From the NCBI GenBank assembly GCA_002189035.1, contig NEEC01000015.1, forward strand, positions 1,736,001 to 1,800,000: 64,000 nucleotides of DNA, in the 5' to 3' direction. The notes below the pieces were generated by a model. The model was not told the DNA's origin and did no database searches. It saw only the letters and a program-made list of their open reading frames with translations. The translations under genes and the position numbers were made by a program. Origin of the DNA: Utricularia gibba (lineage: Eukaryota; Plantae; Magnoliophyta). Positions 47,648-60,203 of the stretch are shown here, piece after piece (position 1 is the stretch's first letter; each line of letters opens with the position of its first letter).

Positions 47648-49658
47648 ATGGGTAGAGCCGGCAGGTGGTTCCGTTCGCTTTGGGGCTCAAAGAAGCCGTC
47701 GCCGTCGTCTAGGGAGAAGAAGGGCAAATGGGTTCTTCCCAAAACTGCGGATAACAGCTTCAGGAACGATGATCCTTTCGCAATTGAGGCGGGGGATGCG
47801 AATAAGCATGCAATTGCGGTCGCTGCGGCAACTGCCGCGGTAGCGGAGGCAGCTCTTGCGGCGGCTCACGCCGCGGCGGAGGTTGTTAGATTGACCAGTT
47901 CCAGCGGCGGTGGGAGTGGGCGGAATGTCGCTGCGTATATCAGCAATGAACGGCTCAGAGTATCGGCCGCGATTAAGATTCAATCGGCGTTTCGTGCCTA
48001 TTTGGTTCGTTATGAAGATTCACTCATCTTCTTCACTCGATTTCTCGAATCTGTTCTTATTATTGATCCAATAGATCACGGGAACGCAATTTTACCTGTC
48101 TCTCAGTGGTGTCTGAAAAATCCCACCTTTTTGGATGGATCCCATTCCATTTTCCTGTTGAGCTCTTTTCCTGCTAATCCCACACCAAATCTCGTAACTC
48201 CAATTTTCGTAGCTAAACTTCCCATCGTCTTAATTGTTTTCACATTTCCCTGTTCTGTGAAATTTCTGTAGATTTTCCTCATTAGGGAACTGTGTTGTTT
48301 CCTACTGTGCGAAACAGAGAGGTGCTATGAAAAAGACAAGGGAATCCATATTCTTTGTATCAATCCTGTTTTTAGCACTTGATTCGAAAGTTTCTTCAGA
48401 GTCACTGATCTTTTTAGCATCCTTTTTCTGTTAGTGGTGCCTTTTATTTTAATGTACCTCTGCATCTTTTGCAAAATATCACTGGTTTGAAACCACTGTA
48501 GCATAGTATTTACAGAGGATGCCCCTGATTGTGCTCTCCATGTACAATGTGCAGATTCAAGTGAAAACTTCTTATGTTGTGTCTTGTTGTATGTTTTTTG
48601 CGGCTGCAGGCTAGGAGGGCTCTTAGAGCACTGAAAGCGCTTGTGAAGCTCCAAGCCCTTGTAAGAGGCCACATTGTCCGGAAACAAAGCGCAGACATGC
48701 TTAAGAGAATGCAAGCCATGGCTCGTATCCAAGCTCGGGCCTCCGCGCAAAGATCTGAGTTTGGTTCCAGTGCCAATATCTACATGCGCTCCTTCCCCTC
48801 GCATCAGCCAGTGAGTTTTCCCTTCCTCTGATCTCATGCTTTTAGCTTGTGATCTCAGCTTTGTCTATTGCTACACATCAGGGTGCTATCCATCCACGGT
48901 GCTATGATCGGAAGATGAGTTCTTCCAGGCACGGTGAATCGTCTCTGAAAATGCAGCATTATCATCCCAGATCACACACGAATTCACTAGATCACTGGAT
49001 GGAGCAATCATCTTGGAGCAACTTCCATGAAACCAATCGAGTCGAAGATGACCGGAGCGATAAGATACTTGAGATTGATACATGGATGCCCCGGCAGCAT
49101 CCCGGATTCAATGACAGAGCCCTGCATCTCCCTAGATATGTCTCGGAGCAGGAGTATTCCAAAGCCAGCTATCTCTCCAGGCTATCTTCAAAAATCATGA
49201 AACCGAATCCAAGTACTTCTTCTGAAGAAGCACCATCCCTTATAGCACCAAACTTCGAGGACCAAGCTCCTATCTGGACAGCTGAGAGCAGCCCAAGAGT
49301 ACGCTCTGCTACATCCTCCCTCCGGGGAGGATCTTTGGCTCTAGCTCGAACCGACTGCTCGAGAAGTCTGTTTGGTGATTACCTTTCTCACCCAAACTAC
49401 ATGGCTAACACAGAGTCATCAAGGGCTAAAGTTAGATCACAGAGTGTTCCTAAACAGAGAATGCAGGTGGAGACAAGGAATCTGTGGGACAACAACGACT
49501 GCATCTCAGAGAAAGGATTTGTCCCAACAGCTGACTTTGGTGAACAATATCTTAACTCGGGTTACTTGAAGAGGCAAGGGAGTCGCCCTCATGGTGCCAC
49601 CAATGGAATTGGATCTAACTCTGGTTACAGACCCCAGGATTGTTTCTTCTATGGCTGA
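47648..49658 (+). CDS. IQ67-domain calmodulin-binding protein (IQD22/23/24 clade, DUF4005)
   Basis: Exons 47648-48004, 48610-48810, 48882-49658. Motifs [39 protein letters not shown]|[38 protein letters not shown]. Confidence 0.9.
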
Positions 49659-50056
49659 GAAACAACAAAAAACTTGAGCATGCAACTTTGAAAAGAAAAA
49701 AAGAGCATGTGGCCTTTCCTTATCCTTATCATTATCATTGGTTTGTGTATGCTGCTGCTTGTTACTCATTCTGTGCTTGGGTATTAAAGATGGGAGTTCA
49801 ACCTTAATAATCACTCCAGGTGTAACGTCATTATATTCATATTTATTGCAAATTTAGGAACCGCACATAAAAGAAATGGATGCTCAAAGACCTTCACTAG
49901 AGAGTTTAATCTAATATTATTCAAAAAAAATTTCAAATCACGTTAAAGAAAACCAAATTGTGAGAAAAATAACTAAAATTTGAAAAAAAAAATGTTGGAA
50001 ATATCATGTTTCAGGATAAATTGAGAATTCAAAATTTCTGAAAAAATCACCAAAAT

Positions 50057-50443
50057 TTAGAGGTGAGCATGGATACGAGTTAATTTGAATATAAATTGAA
50101 TTAACTTATCATGAATTGGATACATTATCTATAATCGTAAAAAACAAATATAGAATAGATTTATAGTACATGAGTACGAGTGGACTCAGTGAATTAGAAA
50201 AGTTGAATCTAAATCGTAATCCAACAACAAAAAATGTATTCTTTATCAAATGAATTGAATATTTCAAACAATTGAACCTAAGACTTATGAATTAAGTCCA
50301 ATTTATATTAGTATATCAAATCGTGACCTAAGATGGATCTAGCATATCGACCCACTAACCCGTATCTGATAAGTTACAATTTTTAGGCTAATTCGACGGA
50401 TTCGACCCGTAACTCACTGAGCCAAATCCGTGCCCGCCTTTAA
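50057..50443. mobile_element. Degenerate MITE-like element, ~390 bp
   Basis: Ends ttagaggtgagcatggat (50057) and atccgtgcccgcctttaa (50426-50443) are inverted repeats at 14/18 positions; internal gacccg/aacccg motifs. Confidence 0.3.
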
Positions 50444-52281
50444 CTGAAACTCACAAGAATCCACTGGTTCTTTGACCTGGATCCAAGATGTGGACCTCCT
50501 TTACTTCTACTAGCCCGCCCCAAGAAGACACTGAAGCAAGGCCCAAATGGTCACCACCACAACCTAAAAGAAGCCCAATAAGACTGAAGGAAAAGACGGA
50601 ACTACCCTTGTGTCTCCAGCCACAACTATTTCTTACAATATCAAACTGTTCCAGCTATATCTGTGCCCTAATTATTAAAAATATAATTCAAACTGTAAAA
50701 ATTCATTATTTCAGTTTCAATATTATCGAATATAAAAATGAATAATAATATTTAAATTTAAGTCCACGTTTGAGAGAGGAAAAAATAGCAGTGGATTAGT
50801 TTATTAGGTAGCATATATTGGAATAATTAAATTTTATATTAAAGAAATTTCAGATTTGAATAAATAGAAATATATGATTGGATTATTTGGTATATGATTT
50901 TTTTTTTGTATGAGCTTAATATCAAATCCACGTGCCAAACAATCCTACTATATATAGTTGCAACTTGCAAATCAAACGTGGCCTAATAGTTGTCTCACGT
51001 GTGTCAATAATTTGAATCTCTAATTATAAACGTTATTTTGGTTAGGAAGCAGTTGTTGGTGATTCCGACAAAAAACATTTCTAGTCTTTGTGTAGATCTC
51101 ATCACTTGGTTATGTATCGCTTTTCTAAGCAGAAAGAAACCAAAAGGTGAGGGAGGAATCAAAAAAGGAAAGTTGTTTTAAGGGGAATTCCGCCATGAGG
51201 GGGGCGCTGGAAGTCAGCGAGCAAGCGAGTTATAGACCACCTGCCAAGAACCATTTTTTATTGCCAAATAAATTGAAGGATTCCCCACCCACTAATTGCA
51301 GGTCAAGGAATCTGCATTTTCGTATTATTTATGCAATCTTTTTTGATGAACCTGGTTTTCGATTTCTGTATATCCCCAGAGTGTTTTTGTTTTCTTTTGG
51401 TTTTTTGCACTTCCCGGTTCTGTCATTCCATTTCAGAATCTTTCTGCAAAAGACTCCGGGGGGTTTGAACTGGGAGTGTACACTGTATAAAGGGTCTTTT
51501 TCAGTGGTGGGTTTTGCTGTTTGTTTGTGCGATTCTTAATGAAAAGTCAACCGAAAAGGGTAGCTTTTTTTGCCTTTACCTTCTCCTCTATTAATGATTT
51601 GTGGTACCCATTTGTTATTCCTTGGGAACCCTTTTACTTTTTTCTCGTTTACTTCTGTTATAGGGCTGGGGGAGAGTGAATGGCAAGAGACTCAAAAGCC
51701 AAATATTTGGCTTCACTGCAGTGCGTCGGGGCTTTTGGTGTAGGGGTCCGGTGATGGCTGTTTTTGAAAAAAAAATATGAAGGAAGCTTTGCTGTTATTT
51801 ACTACCCCGGTTCCTCTTGTTCATAAATTTCGGGTCTCGGTTGGTGAAAACGGTTCACAATAACTTTCATCCAATTTCTTCGAGACAGAAGACACCCTTT
51901 TCAGTGAATGCTCTAGTTCAAGAAGTTGGGTTTTTCCGCGTGTTTTTATTGCTCTTTTCTGCGCATAATTTCGAATGTTGTTGAGATGCTCATACTGTTC
52001 TAAAGAATGATCAAACTTTGAGAATAAAAAGGGACACTGCCCCAAGCCTTTTGGTAGTATCCACACAGATGAACTTTGCAGACATCACTAGCAAAAAAAC
52101 TAGTGCATGTGAATCAAAAATGGTTGCTGATGGCTTAGTTTCTTGCTCCAATTCACTTTTTTTCAACTCTCCAATCTCCAGTTTCTATGTATGTAACTCT
52201 CTTTCTTTTCACACGATTCTTCGTTGTTTGAAAACGCCATTTTCTTAATATTGTTGATTGGTCTGGCTTCTTCAGCCCAAG

Positions 52282-55039
52282 ATGGAAGATTTTGGAGAGA
52301 TCGGCTTCACTGGTGGACCTCTAGGAAGCACTTTCATGAAGGGGAAGGGTGATGTAGCTAATAGCAAGCCTGAGAATGATCACCTTGGAGCTGCATCAGG
52401 TGATGCGTCGAAGAAAACATCCAACAAGGAGAAATATTATCGACACAAGTCGTTTCAAATTCAGGAGCTGGAGAAGTAAATGTTACTGCAAACCTTTTAT
52501 CTGTGTTCTCAGATGCTAGTTGTTGAGTTTTTATTTGATTGCATACGACGCTTTTGCCAGTTATTTCAAGAAGAATCCACATCCGGACGAGAAAGGAAGA
52601 TTAGAACTCGGTAAAAGGCTGGGATTGGAGAGCAGGCAGGTGAAGTTTTGGTTTCAGAATAGAAGAACTCAGTTGAAGGTTACTGCTCTAAACTGTTCTC
52701 TTTGAATTTTTTTTTTCCATTTCTTTTGTTGTCATACTTCTGTTACTGGGATGATTCAGACTCAATTGGAGCGCCACGAAAACATAAATCTGAAACAAGA
52801 AAATGAGAAGCTCTGTCATGAGAACATTTTATTATGTGAAGCCATGAGGAATCCAATTTGCAAAGGCTGTGGTGGTCCTGCTGTTCTTCGAGAGGTGGCA
52901 CCTGAGCAGATCCATCTCCTTATTGAGAATGCACGTCTTAAGGATGAGCTTGAAAGGCTTGGAATTGTGGTCTCCAAATTCTTGAATGGTGCTGATGGTT
53001 CGATGTCTCCATTTGGGTCCTTCTCTAAATCAGATCTTGATGCAGGAAGAAATAGCTTTTTTGGGTTGAATACAAGAGATCTCATGTTTCCTCTAGGACT
53101 CGAGCTCGGAACTAGGGTGTCAAATTCTTTTTCGCCATTGCCATCTAGTGTAGCTGGTCTTGGTGCGGCAAATGTGGATACTCCTGATAAATCCATGTTT
53201 CTTGAGCTTGCAATGTCTGCAATGGAAGAGTTGATGAAGCTTTCCCAACTAGCTGATCCTCTATGGCTGAAAAGATTAGATGAAAACGTAGAATTCTTGA
53301 ACCTAGATGAGTATGCAAAAGCTTTCATGCCCTGCATCGGTATGAAACCCAAACATTTTATGAGTGAAGCAACAAGAGCTACAGGCACTGCATTTATCAG
53401 CAGTTCGGCTTTGGTGGAAGCATTGATGAATGTGGTAATGTATACATATTTTTTCATGCTGCCAATTTTGAACATGTTCTCACTGCTGGTAATTTTAGAA
53501 AGGACATTACCTTTTTGTCTTTTGCCTCAATGGATATATGCTGTGCTTGTGGCTTTACAGAGTCAGTGGATGGAAATGTTCCCCCGGAATATAGGAAGAG
53601 CTTCCTTTGATGTTATTTGCTCGGGAATGCCCGGAAACTGGGATGGCGTCTTGCATCTGGTATTTCGATGCTAATTAAGGATTTCTTATAGGGTAGCATT
53701 CACTCAAGTAAAAAGGTGTAACCCTGCGATTCATTTATCAGATCCAAGCTGAGTTCCAAGTTCTTTCACCTTTGGTCCCCACCCGGGTAGCCAAGTTCAT
53801 TCGCTTCTGTAAGCAGCATGGTGAAGGAATGTGGGCCGTGGTCGATGTGTCTGTCGACCATTTACTCCCTGGGCAGCAAGGAAATTGCAGGAGGCTGCCT
53901 TCTGGTTGCATCGTGCAGGACCTGCAAAACGGGTATTCCAAGGTCAGCAAAAAGACGAGCTTGCTTTGCTTATTGACCTATTCACCTGATTTCCCAGTTT
54001 ACTGTTTGATTAGGTAACCTGGACTGAGCATACAGAGTACAATGAGAATACAGTCCATCATCTCTTTCAGCCACTTATTCAGTCGGGAAAGGCGCTTGGA
54101 GCTCAGAAATGGCTTTTTGATCTGCAAATGCAAAGTGAGCTTCCATTTGCCATCATGAACTCTCGTGGAAATCAACCAGGTTTGACGTTTTCGGATTCTT
54201 CGTGTGCTTAATCATGGATGTCCGAAAGTAGTTGTTCTCACTAGGCGCCATGATTTCAGAGCTTCCTCCGAGTGGTAAGACAAGTATCGCGATGCTCGCA
54301 CAGAGGATGATGCGTGGTTTCTGTTCCGGAATCTGTGCCACAATACATCAGTGGGAGATGGTTCAGCACTCCGATGATACAACGTTGATGACACGGAAGA
54401 GCAACAGCAATGACGGGGAGTCACCAGGCGTTATCTTAAGTGCTTCAACAACTGTCCGTGTCCCCGTCCCGCCTAGGCTGCTGCTCGACTTCCTGCAAAA
54501 TGAGAAAACACGGGCACACTGGGATGCTCTGTCTGAAGATGGACTTATGCAGCAGGTTCTGCAAATTTTCAAGGGGCAGGAGCAGGATAGTGGCAACAGC
54601 ATCAGCCTACTGCAAGCAAGGGTGAGATGTCAAGATGAATTCTTACCAAAACCTAATGCATCGGAGTAACGAAATTTGCTCGCAGGTACCGAGTCTGAAT
54701 GCAAGTCCAAGCAGCATGCTTGTCTTGCAAGAAACGTGCACAGACATCTCAGGATCACTCTTCGTTAATGCGCCCATCGACTCGGTCTCCATGAACGTGG
54801 TGATGAACGGAGGCGATCCTTCGGGTGTCCCTATCCTGCCGTCTGGCTTTGCCATCGCCCCCGATTGTTCATCCAATTCAGCAGGACAAGAAGGCTCATT
54901 GCTCACCTTAGGCTTCCAAATCTTGGTGAACAGCCTGCCAGCAGCCAAGCTCACGATGGAGTCAGTCGAGACGGTTAGATCGCTGATTGCGCGCCGTCTC
55001 CACGGCATCAAAACCGGCCTCGGCCTCGCCGGAATCTGA
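52282..55039 (+). CDS. HD-ZIP class IV transcription factor (ANL2/HDG1/HDG7 clade), homeodomain + ZLZ + START + SAD, ~722 aa
   Basis: Exons 52282-52475, 52561-52678, 52760-53434, 53561-53659, 53742-53942, 54014-54179, 54260 (or 54245)-54621, 54686-55039. Motifs [41 protein letters not shown]. Confidence 0.92.
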
Positions 55040-55062
55040 AGCACAGGTTCGGTTAGGGATTT

Positions 55063-55135
55063 GAGTCAAGAACGAACCTCGAAGAGAGAGAGTCGTTGCT
55101 TGGGAGGGAATATGATCTGGTTCGGGTATTGACTC
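55063..55135 (+). promoter_or_regulatory. Conserved HD-ZIP IV 3'UTR paired motif (stem-loop)
   Basis: GAGTCAAGAACGAACC (55063-55078) pairs with GGTTCGGGTATTGACTC (55119-55135). This matches the known conserved 3'UTR element of class IV HD-ZIP mRNAs. Confidence 0.85.
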
Positions 55136-56121
55136 AAATAACCTCCTCCGTTGGAAGATTCTTTGAATGGCGTAGGGGTATAATTGTCAAGTATTTTCAT
55201 GCCTTGCTTTTTTCCTTGTAGATAGGTGTATTATTTCTCGGAGAACACGATCACTCATTCCATAAGTATCCTTAATTAAAGTCCCTCAATTTAATTATTA
55301 CGCCAAATTTTATTTTCTAAATTAGTTGATATTAATTTTAATATTTATTGATTTTTGTTTGTAAACATTGCTGGGGAGGAACAAGACAGCTAAAAGTTGG
55401 GGCAGTTTCGGTCAGGGGGCCCACTCCACCACACTCTCTTCAGTCCCATCACCAAATATCTCTTTCCCGATTGTGCAACCAACCTACCATGTTGCATTTT
55501 ACCAAAATGCCCTCCCCTCCCGACTTGTAATTATCACAAGATACGAGATTCCTGATTCTTTTTTGAAGTGGAAAAACAAGGTGAAATTTGTTTTCCTGTA
55601 AAAAAAAAAGGTATTTTATTTATGTAATGGGATTTTAAATATATGGAAATGAAAAAAAAAAAATTAAAATTAAGGAAAGAACGCGTGCCTGGATGAGTAG
55701 TAATGGAAGATCATCATCATCACGAAAACTGGAAACTGACCTCACAGTGACTGACACAACTTCCATGGCATTCGAATTCGGACCCCTACCCCCACACCCT
55801 GAACTGAAGAAACCAGGTGAAGCGACGTCGTTTGCTTGGCTTGTAGCGTCCTTTCCCCTGTTTGTGTGTGTATGAGGTTGTATATGGCTGTGGGAAGACA
55901 CTTTCACCAAAGCGTCGATCCATACTGGCATCGAATTCTGTACCATTTGCATAAACCTTTCATGTTCCCAACAAACCCTTGGACCTCCCGGTCTCCTTGC
56001 TTCTTCTCTCTATATCTTCTTTAGAATCATTGCCGTGTCGCTTGTAACAAACCTTTCGTTTCTTTCTCTGGTTTGGAAGTTTCAGATGTGTTCAACTTTC
56101 GAGTTCAGAATCAGTTCAACA

Positions 56122-59100
56122 ATGGCGCTGCGTTTGCTTCTGTTTCTGGGTTGCCTTCTCCTGTTTTCAAATGCTCAGAAACTTGAAAGTTTAGACCGTG
56201 AAAGTTTGCTCTCTTTCAGAGCTTCTCTTCGAAACCCAGAAGTTTTACCGTGGGATTCTTCATCCTCTCATTGTAACTGGACTGGTGTTTACTGCAATGG
56301 TGAAAGGAGAGTGACTTCTCTCGTTCTGACAACTCATACTCTCAGTAACCAGTTGAATGGGCCTGTTTCATCTGCTTTGTTCTCTCTCACTGCTCTTTTA
56401 GTATTGGATCTTTCTTCCAATCAGCTGTATGGAGAACTATCGCCGGAGGTTGCTTCTCTGAAAAGACTGATGATTTTGGACTTGGGTTATAACAGTTTTA
56501 CGGGGCAGTTGCCAGTGGAAATTGGTCGGTTAACTCGGTTGCAGATGCTGAGACTCGGACCGAATATGTTCTCCGGTGGGATTCCAGTGGAGCTTGGGAA
56601 CTTGGTGAAACTTGAGTCTTTTGATGTTTCCGGAAATTCGTTCACCGGGAGTGTTCCAGTCCATTTAGGCAACTTAACACAGCTTCAGATTATGGCTCTT
56701 GGAAGCAATTTTCTCACAGGTTCGCTGCCTGAAAATCTCTTGTCCGACCTACGGTTTCTGTCTTCCTTAGATGTTTCAAACAACTCATTATCTGGGACAA
56801 TACCCCCGAGCATTGGAAAACTAACTTCTCTGAAGGTCCTTTACCTTGGAGATAACCATTTCTCCGGTCAGTTGTCGCCCGCGATCGGCGGATTGTCGAA
56901 CCTCGAGATATTATCTGCCCCTTCTTGTTTGTTTACAGGCCCCATACCTGAAACATTTTCCAATCTGAAATCTTTAAGCAAACTCGATCTCTCTTACAAT
57001 CCCTTGCAGTGCGGTATTCCAGCAGCTGTAGGTGAAATGCTGAACTTGACTGTTTTGAATCTTGTTTACTCTCAGCTGAAAGGATCCATTCCTCCTGAGA
57101 TTGGCAGCTGTAGAAACTTGAAAGCTTTGATGCTTTCATTCAATTCTCTTACAGGAAGTTTACCTGAGGAGTTGTCAAATTTGTCTTTGATAACATTTGC
57201 TGCCGAAAAAAATCAGCTTTCTGGTTCATTACCTTCTTGGCTGGGAAAATGGACGGCACTTGATTCTTTACTGCTTTCAAACAACGGGTTCTCTGGAAAA
57301 ATCCCATCCGAAATCGGGAACTGTGCAATGCTGAGTCATGTCAGTTTGGCGAGTAACTTTCTTACTGGTGAGATTCCATCACAGCTTTGCGATGCTTCTT
57401 CCCTTTCCCAGTTGGAGCTTGATCACAACTTTTTTTCGGGTAGCATCGAAAGAACGTTTCTTAACTGTAGAAACTTGACTCAGTTAGTCTTGATGGGAAA
57501 CCAGATAGTGGGTGCTATACCAGAATATCTAGGAGAGCTACCACTCAATCTTCTTGAGCTGGATTCCAACAATTTTACAGGTCCTATTCCTCCCAGAATT
57601 TGGAGTTCCCGCTCCCTGATTGAGTTTTCGGCTTCAAATAACCAGCTTGGTGGCTCTATACCTGCGGAAATTGGCAATGCTGCTTCATTTGAGATGATTG
57701 TTCTATCAAACAATAGGATTTCAGGGATCATCCCAAAGGAGGTTGGACTTCTTGATTCTCTGTCATTCTTGAATCTCAACTCCAATTTCCTTGAAGGAAA
57801 CATACCACCGGAGCTTGGAAACTGTTCTCGTCTTTCAACTTTGGATCTTGGGAACAACAAGTTGAATGGCTCCATACCGAAGGAGTTAACTTACTTGCCA
57901 CAGCTACAATGCCTTGTTCTTTCGTATAACAATCTCTCTGGAAACATTCCAGCCCAGGATTCCAAGTTTTTCAGGGAGGTGCCAAATGTTCCATACTCAA
58001 CCTACATTCAGCACCATGGATTATTTGATCTTTCTCATAACAGGCTCAGTGGTTTGATACCAGAGGAGTTATCCAGCTGCGAAGTCATTGTTGATCTTCT
58101 TCTCAATGAGAATTTGCTCATTGGTGAGATACCATCTTCCCTGTCACGGTTGTCGAATCTTTCGACTTTAGACTTGTCCGATAATTTCCTTACTGGTTCC
58201 ATCCCAAGAGAGCTTGGTGATCTGAGCAAGCTACAGGGGTTGTATCTAGCGAATAATCGGCTTTCTGGTTGGATTCCGGAGACTCTAGGAGGGCTGAATG
58301 CGTTGGTGAAGCTTAACCTGTCTTCAAACATGTTATCTGGTTCAGTTCCTCGAAGTTTTGGCAAGTTGCAGGGGCTAACTCATATGGATATCAGCTGCAA
58401 CTTAATCAATGGAGAGATACCGGAATCTCTTTCAGAAATGCTGAACCTAGTTGGAGTTTACCTGCAAAAGAACAACCTTTCCGGTGGGATAAATGGCTTA
58501 TTCAAGGAATCCGTAGCTTGGAGGGTTGAGATCGTGAATCTAAGTAGCAATTCCTTGTCTGGAAATCTTCCTGAGGGATTGGGGAATGCTTCGTTCTTGG
58601 AGACGTTGGATCTTCACGGGAATGGCTTTTCTGGAGTAATCCCGGCTGAACTCGGTAAGCTCGCTCAGTTGCAGTATCTCGATGTATCTGAAAATATGCT
58701 GACCGGAGAAATCCCCGCCGACTTGTGTGGTCTCTCCGAGTTGGTTTACATGAATCTCGCTGAAAATGACTTTGAAGGTCCAATTCCTGCCGCCGGAGTT
58801 TGCAGGAATCTGACCAAATCATCAGTTGCCGGAAACAGGCGTCTCTGCAGTGAAATTCTTGGCTCCAAATGCCGTTTTGCTGGGAGGGCATCAAATATGA
58901 ATGCATGGGGAGTGGCTTCTGTTGTATTGGGAACAATTTTGTCTGCCATCTCCGTCGTCATCGTCTTTAGAATCTGGACAAACAGGGGAAGCTCCGATAC
59001 AGAAGACGGCAGTCAGAGCAGCAAAATGAAGGGCTCCGATGATCCGAATCTCTACTTCTTGAGCAGCAGCCGATCGAAGGAGCCGCTAAGCATAAACATC

Positions 59101-59997
59101 GCAATGTTCGAGCAGCCGCTGCTAAAGCTGACTCTCATCGACATTCTCGAAGCGACGAACAATTTCTCCAGGGCAAACATAATCGGAGACGGCGGTTTCG
59201 GAACCGTCTACAAGGCGACCCTCCCCGACGGTAAAATTGTCGCCGTGAAGAAGCTAAGTCAGACGAAGATGCAAGGCCAGCGCGAGTTTCTTGCAGAGAT
59301 GCAAACCGTCGGGAAAGTAAAACACCGCAATGTCGTTTCTTTACTCGGCTACTGCGCCTTCGGAGAGGAGAAAGTACTGGTGTATGAATTCATGGCGAAT
59401 GGAAGCCTGGATCAGTGGATCGGGAATCTCACCGGAAGCCTCGACTGGAACAAACGCTTCAAGATCGCCGTCGGTGCCGCCCGGGGACTTGCTTTTCTTC
59501 ACCATGGGTTCATTCCTCACATCATCCATCGTGATATCAAAGCGAGCAATATTCTGCTGAACGAGGAGTTTGAAGCAAAGGTGGCGGATTTCGGACTGGC
59601 TCGGCTGGTAAGTGCATGCGAGACGCATGTGAGCACTGATATCGCCGGAACTTTCGGTTACATCCCACCGGAGTACGGCCAGACCTGCAAATCCACAACC
59701 AGAGGAGATGTGTACAGCTTCGGGGTGATCTTGCTGGAATTGTTAACAGGGAAGGAGCCAACAGGGGGCGAGTTCAAGGATGTTGAAGGCGGGAATCTGG
59801 TGGGCTGGGTATTTCAGAAGATAAAGAATGAGAGACCAGCTGATGTGCTTGATCCCCTGGTTTTGGATGCTGATTCAAAGCAGGAGATGTTGCAGATGCT
59901 TCAGATCGCCGTGTTCTGCTTATCAGAGAATCCGCCCAGCCGACCCACCATGCTTCAAGTTCTCAAGTTCTTGAGAGGGATTAAAGGTGACAACTAG
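56122..59997 (+). CDS. EMS1: LRR receptor-like kinase EMS1/EXS, intronless, ~1291 aa
   Basis: Signal peptide from ATG 56122, ~30 LRRs with an island ending QHHGLFDLSHNRLSG, TM helix, SSRSKEPLSINIAMFEQPLLKLTL juxtamembrane motif, intact RD kinase. Confidence 0.93.
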   Translation: MALRLLLFLGCLLLFSNAQKLESLDRESLLSFRASLRNPEVLPWDSSSSHCNWTGVYCNGERRVTSLVLTTHTLSNQLNGPVSSALFSLTALLVLDLSSNQLYGELSPEVASLKRLMILDLGYNSFTGQLPVEIGRLTRLQMLRLGPNMFSGGIPVELGNLVKLESFDVSGNSFTGSVPVHLGNLTQLQIMALGSNFLTGSLPENLLSDLRFLSSLDVSNNSLSGTIPPSIGKLTSLKVLYLGDNHFSGQLSPAIGGLSNLEILSAPSCLFTGPIPETFSNLKSLSKLDLSYNPLQCGIPAAVGEMLNLTVLNLVYSQLKGSIPPEIGSCRNLKALMLSFNSLTGSLPEELSNLSLITFAAEKNQLSGSLPSWLGKWTALDSLLLSNNGFSGKIPSEIGNCAMLSHVSLASNFLTGEIPSQLCDASSLSQLELDHNFFSGSIERTFLNCRNLTQLVLMGNQIVGAIPEYLGELPLNLLELDSNNFTGPIPPRIWSSRSLIEFSASNNQLGGSIPAEIGNAASFEMIVLSNNRISGIIPKEVGLLDSLSFLNLNSNFLEGNIPPELGNCSRLSTLDLGNNKLNGSIPKELTYLPQLQCLVLSYNNLSGNIPAQDSKFFREVPNVPYSTYIQHHGLFDLSHNRLSGLIPEELSSCEVIVDLLLNENLLIGEIPSSLSRLSNLSTLDLSDNFLTGSIPRELGDLSKLQGLYLANNRLSGWIPETLGGLNALVKLNLSSNMLSGSVPRSFGKLQGLTHMDISCNLINGEIPESLSEMLNLVGVYLQKNNLSGGINGLFKESVAWRVEIVNLSSNSLSGNLPEGLGNASFLETLDLHGNGFSGVIPAELGKLAQLQYLDVSENMLTGEIPADLCGLSELVYMNLAENDFEGPIPAAGVCRNLTKSSVAGNRRLCSEILGSKCRFAGRASNMNAWGVASVVLGTILSAISVVIVFRIWTNRGSSDTEDGSQSSKMKGSDDPNLYFLSSSRSKEPLSINIAMFEQPLLKLTLIDILEATNNFSRANIIGDGGFGTVYKATLPDGKIVAVKKLSQTKMQGQREFLAEMQTVGKVKHRNVVSLLGYCAFGEEKVLVYEFMANGSLDQWIGNLTGSLDWNKRFKIAVGAARGLAFLHHGFIPHIIHRDIKASNILLNEEFEAKVADFGLARLVSACETHVSTDIAGTFGYIPPEYGQTCKSTTRGDVYSFGVILLELLTGKEPTGGEFKDVEGGNLVGWVFQKIKNERPADVLDPLVLDADSKQEMLQMLQIAVFCLSENPPSRPTMLQVLKFLRGIKGDN

Positions 59998-60203
59998 TAG
60001 CTAAGTGAATGATCTATGTACTTGTGTAAGTTCTCATATGCTTTCTGATCCCAATGAATTCTACTACTATTCTTCACCAACTGCTGCACTACAATCCAGC
60101 ACAAGAACTCAAGCTAGCACAAACGCTCCCACCAACTACTGTACCATTCGCTGCAACTGGAATGGATAACTCAAACCAATTACCAAGAGGTTGACTGCAT
60201 AAG

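Noticed and set aside
558-56121. In-frame upstream starts in the ORF track (558 for UBA2c, 5306 for SDR1, 8347 for SDR2, 37757 for the sulfurase-like gene, 56035 for EMS1)
   Set aside because: Several are GTG/TTG starts or add non-conserved N-termini; downstream ATGs fit the family N-termini and signal peptides better.
3672-59761. Numerous 60-220 aa ORFs antisense to or overlapping real exons (for example 52816-53475, 57480-57875, 34681-35163)
   Set aside because: Shadow frames of genuine coding sequence with no recognisable motifs.
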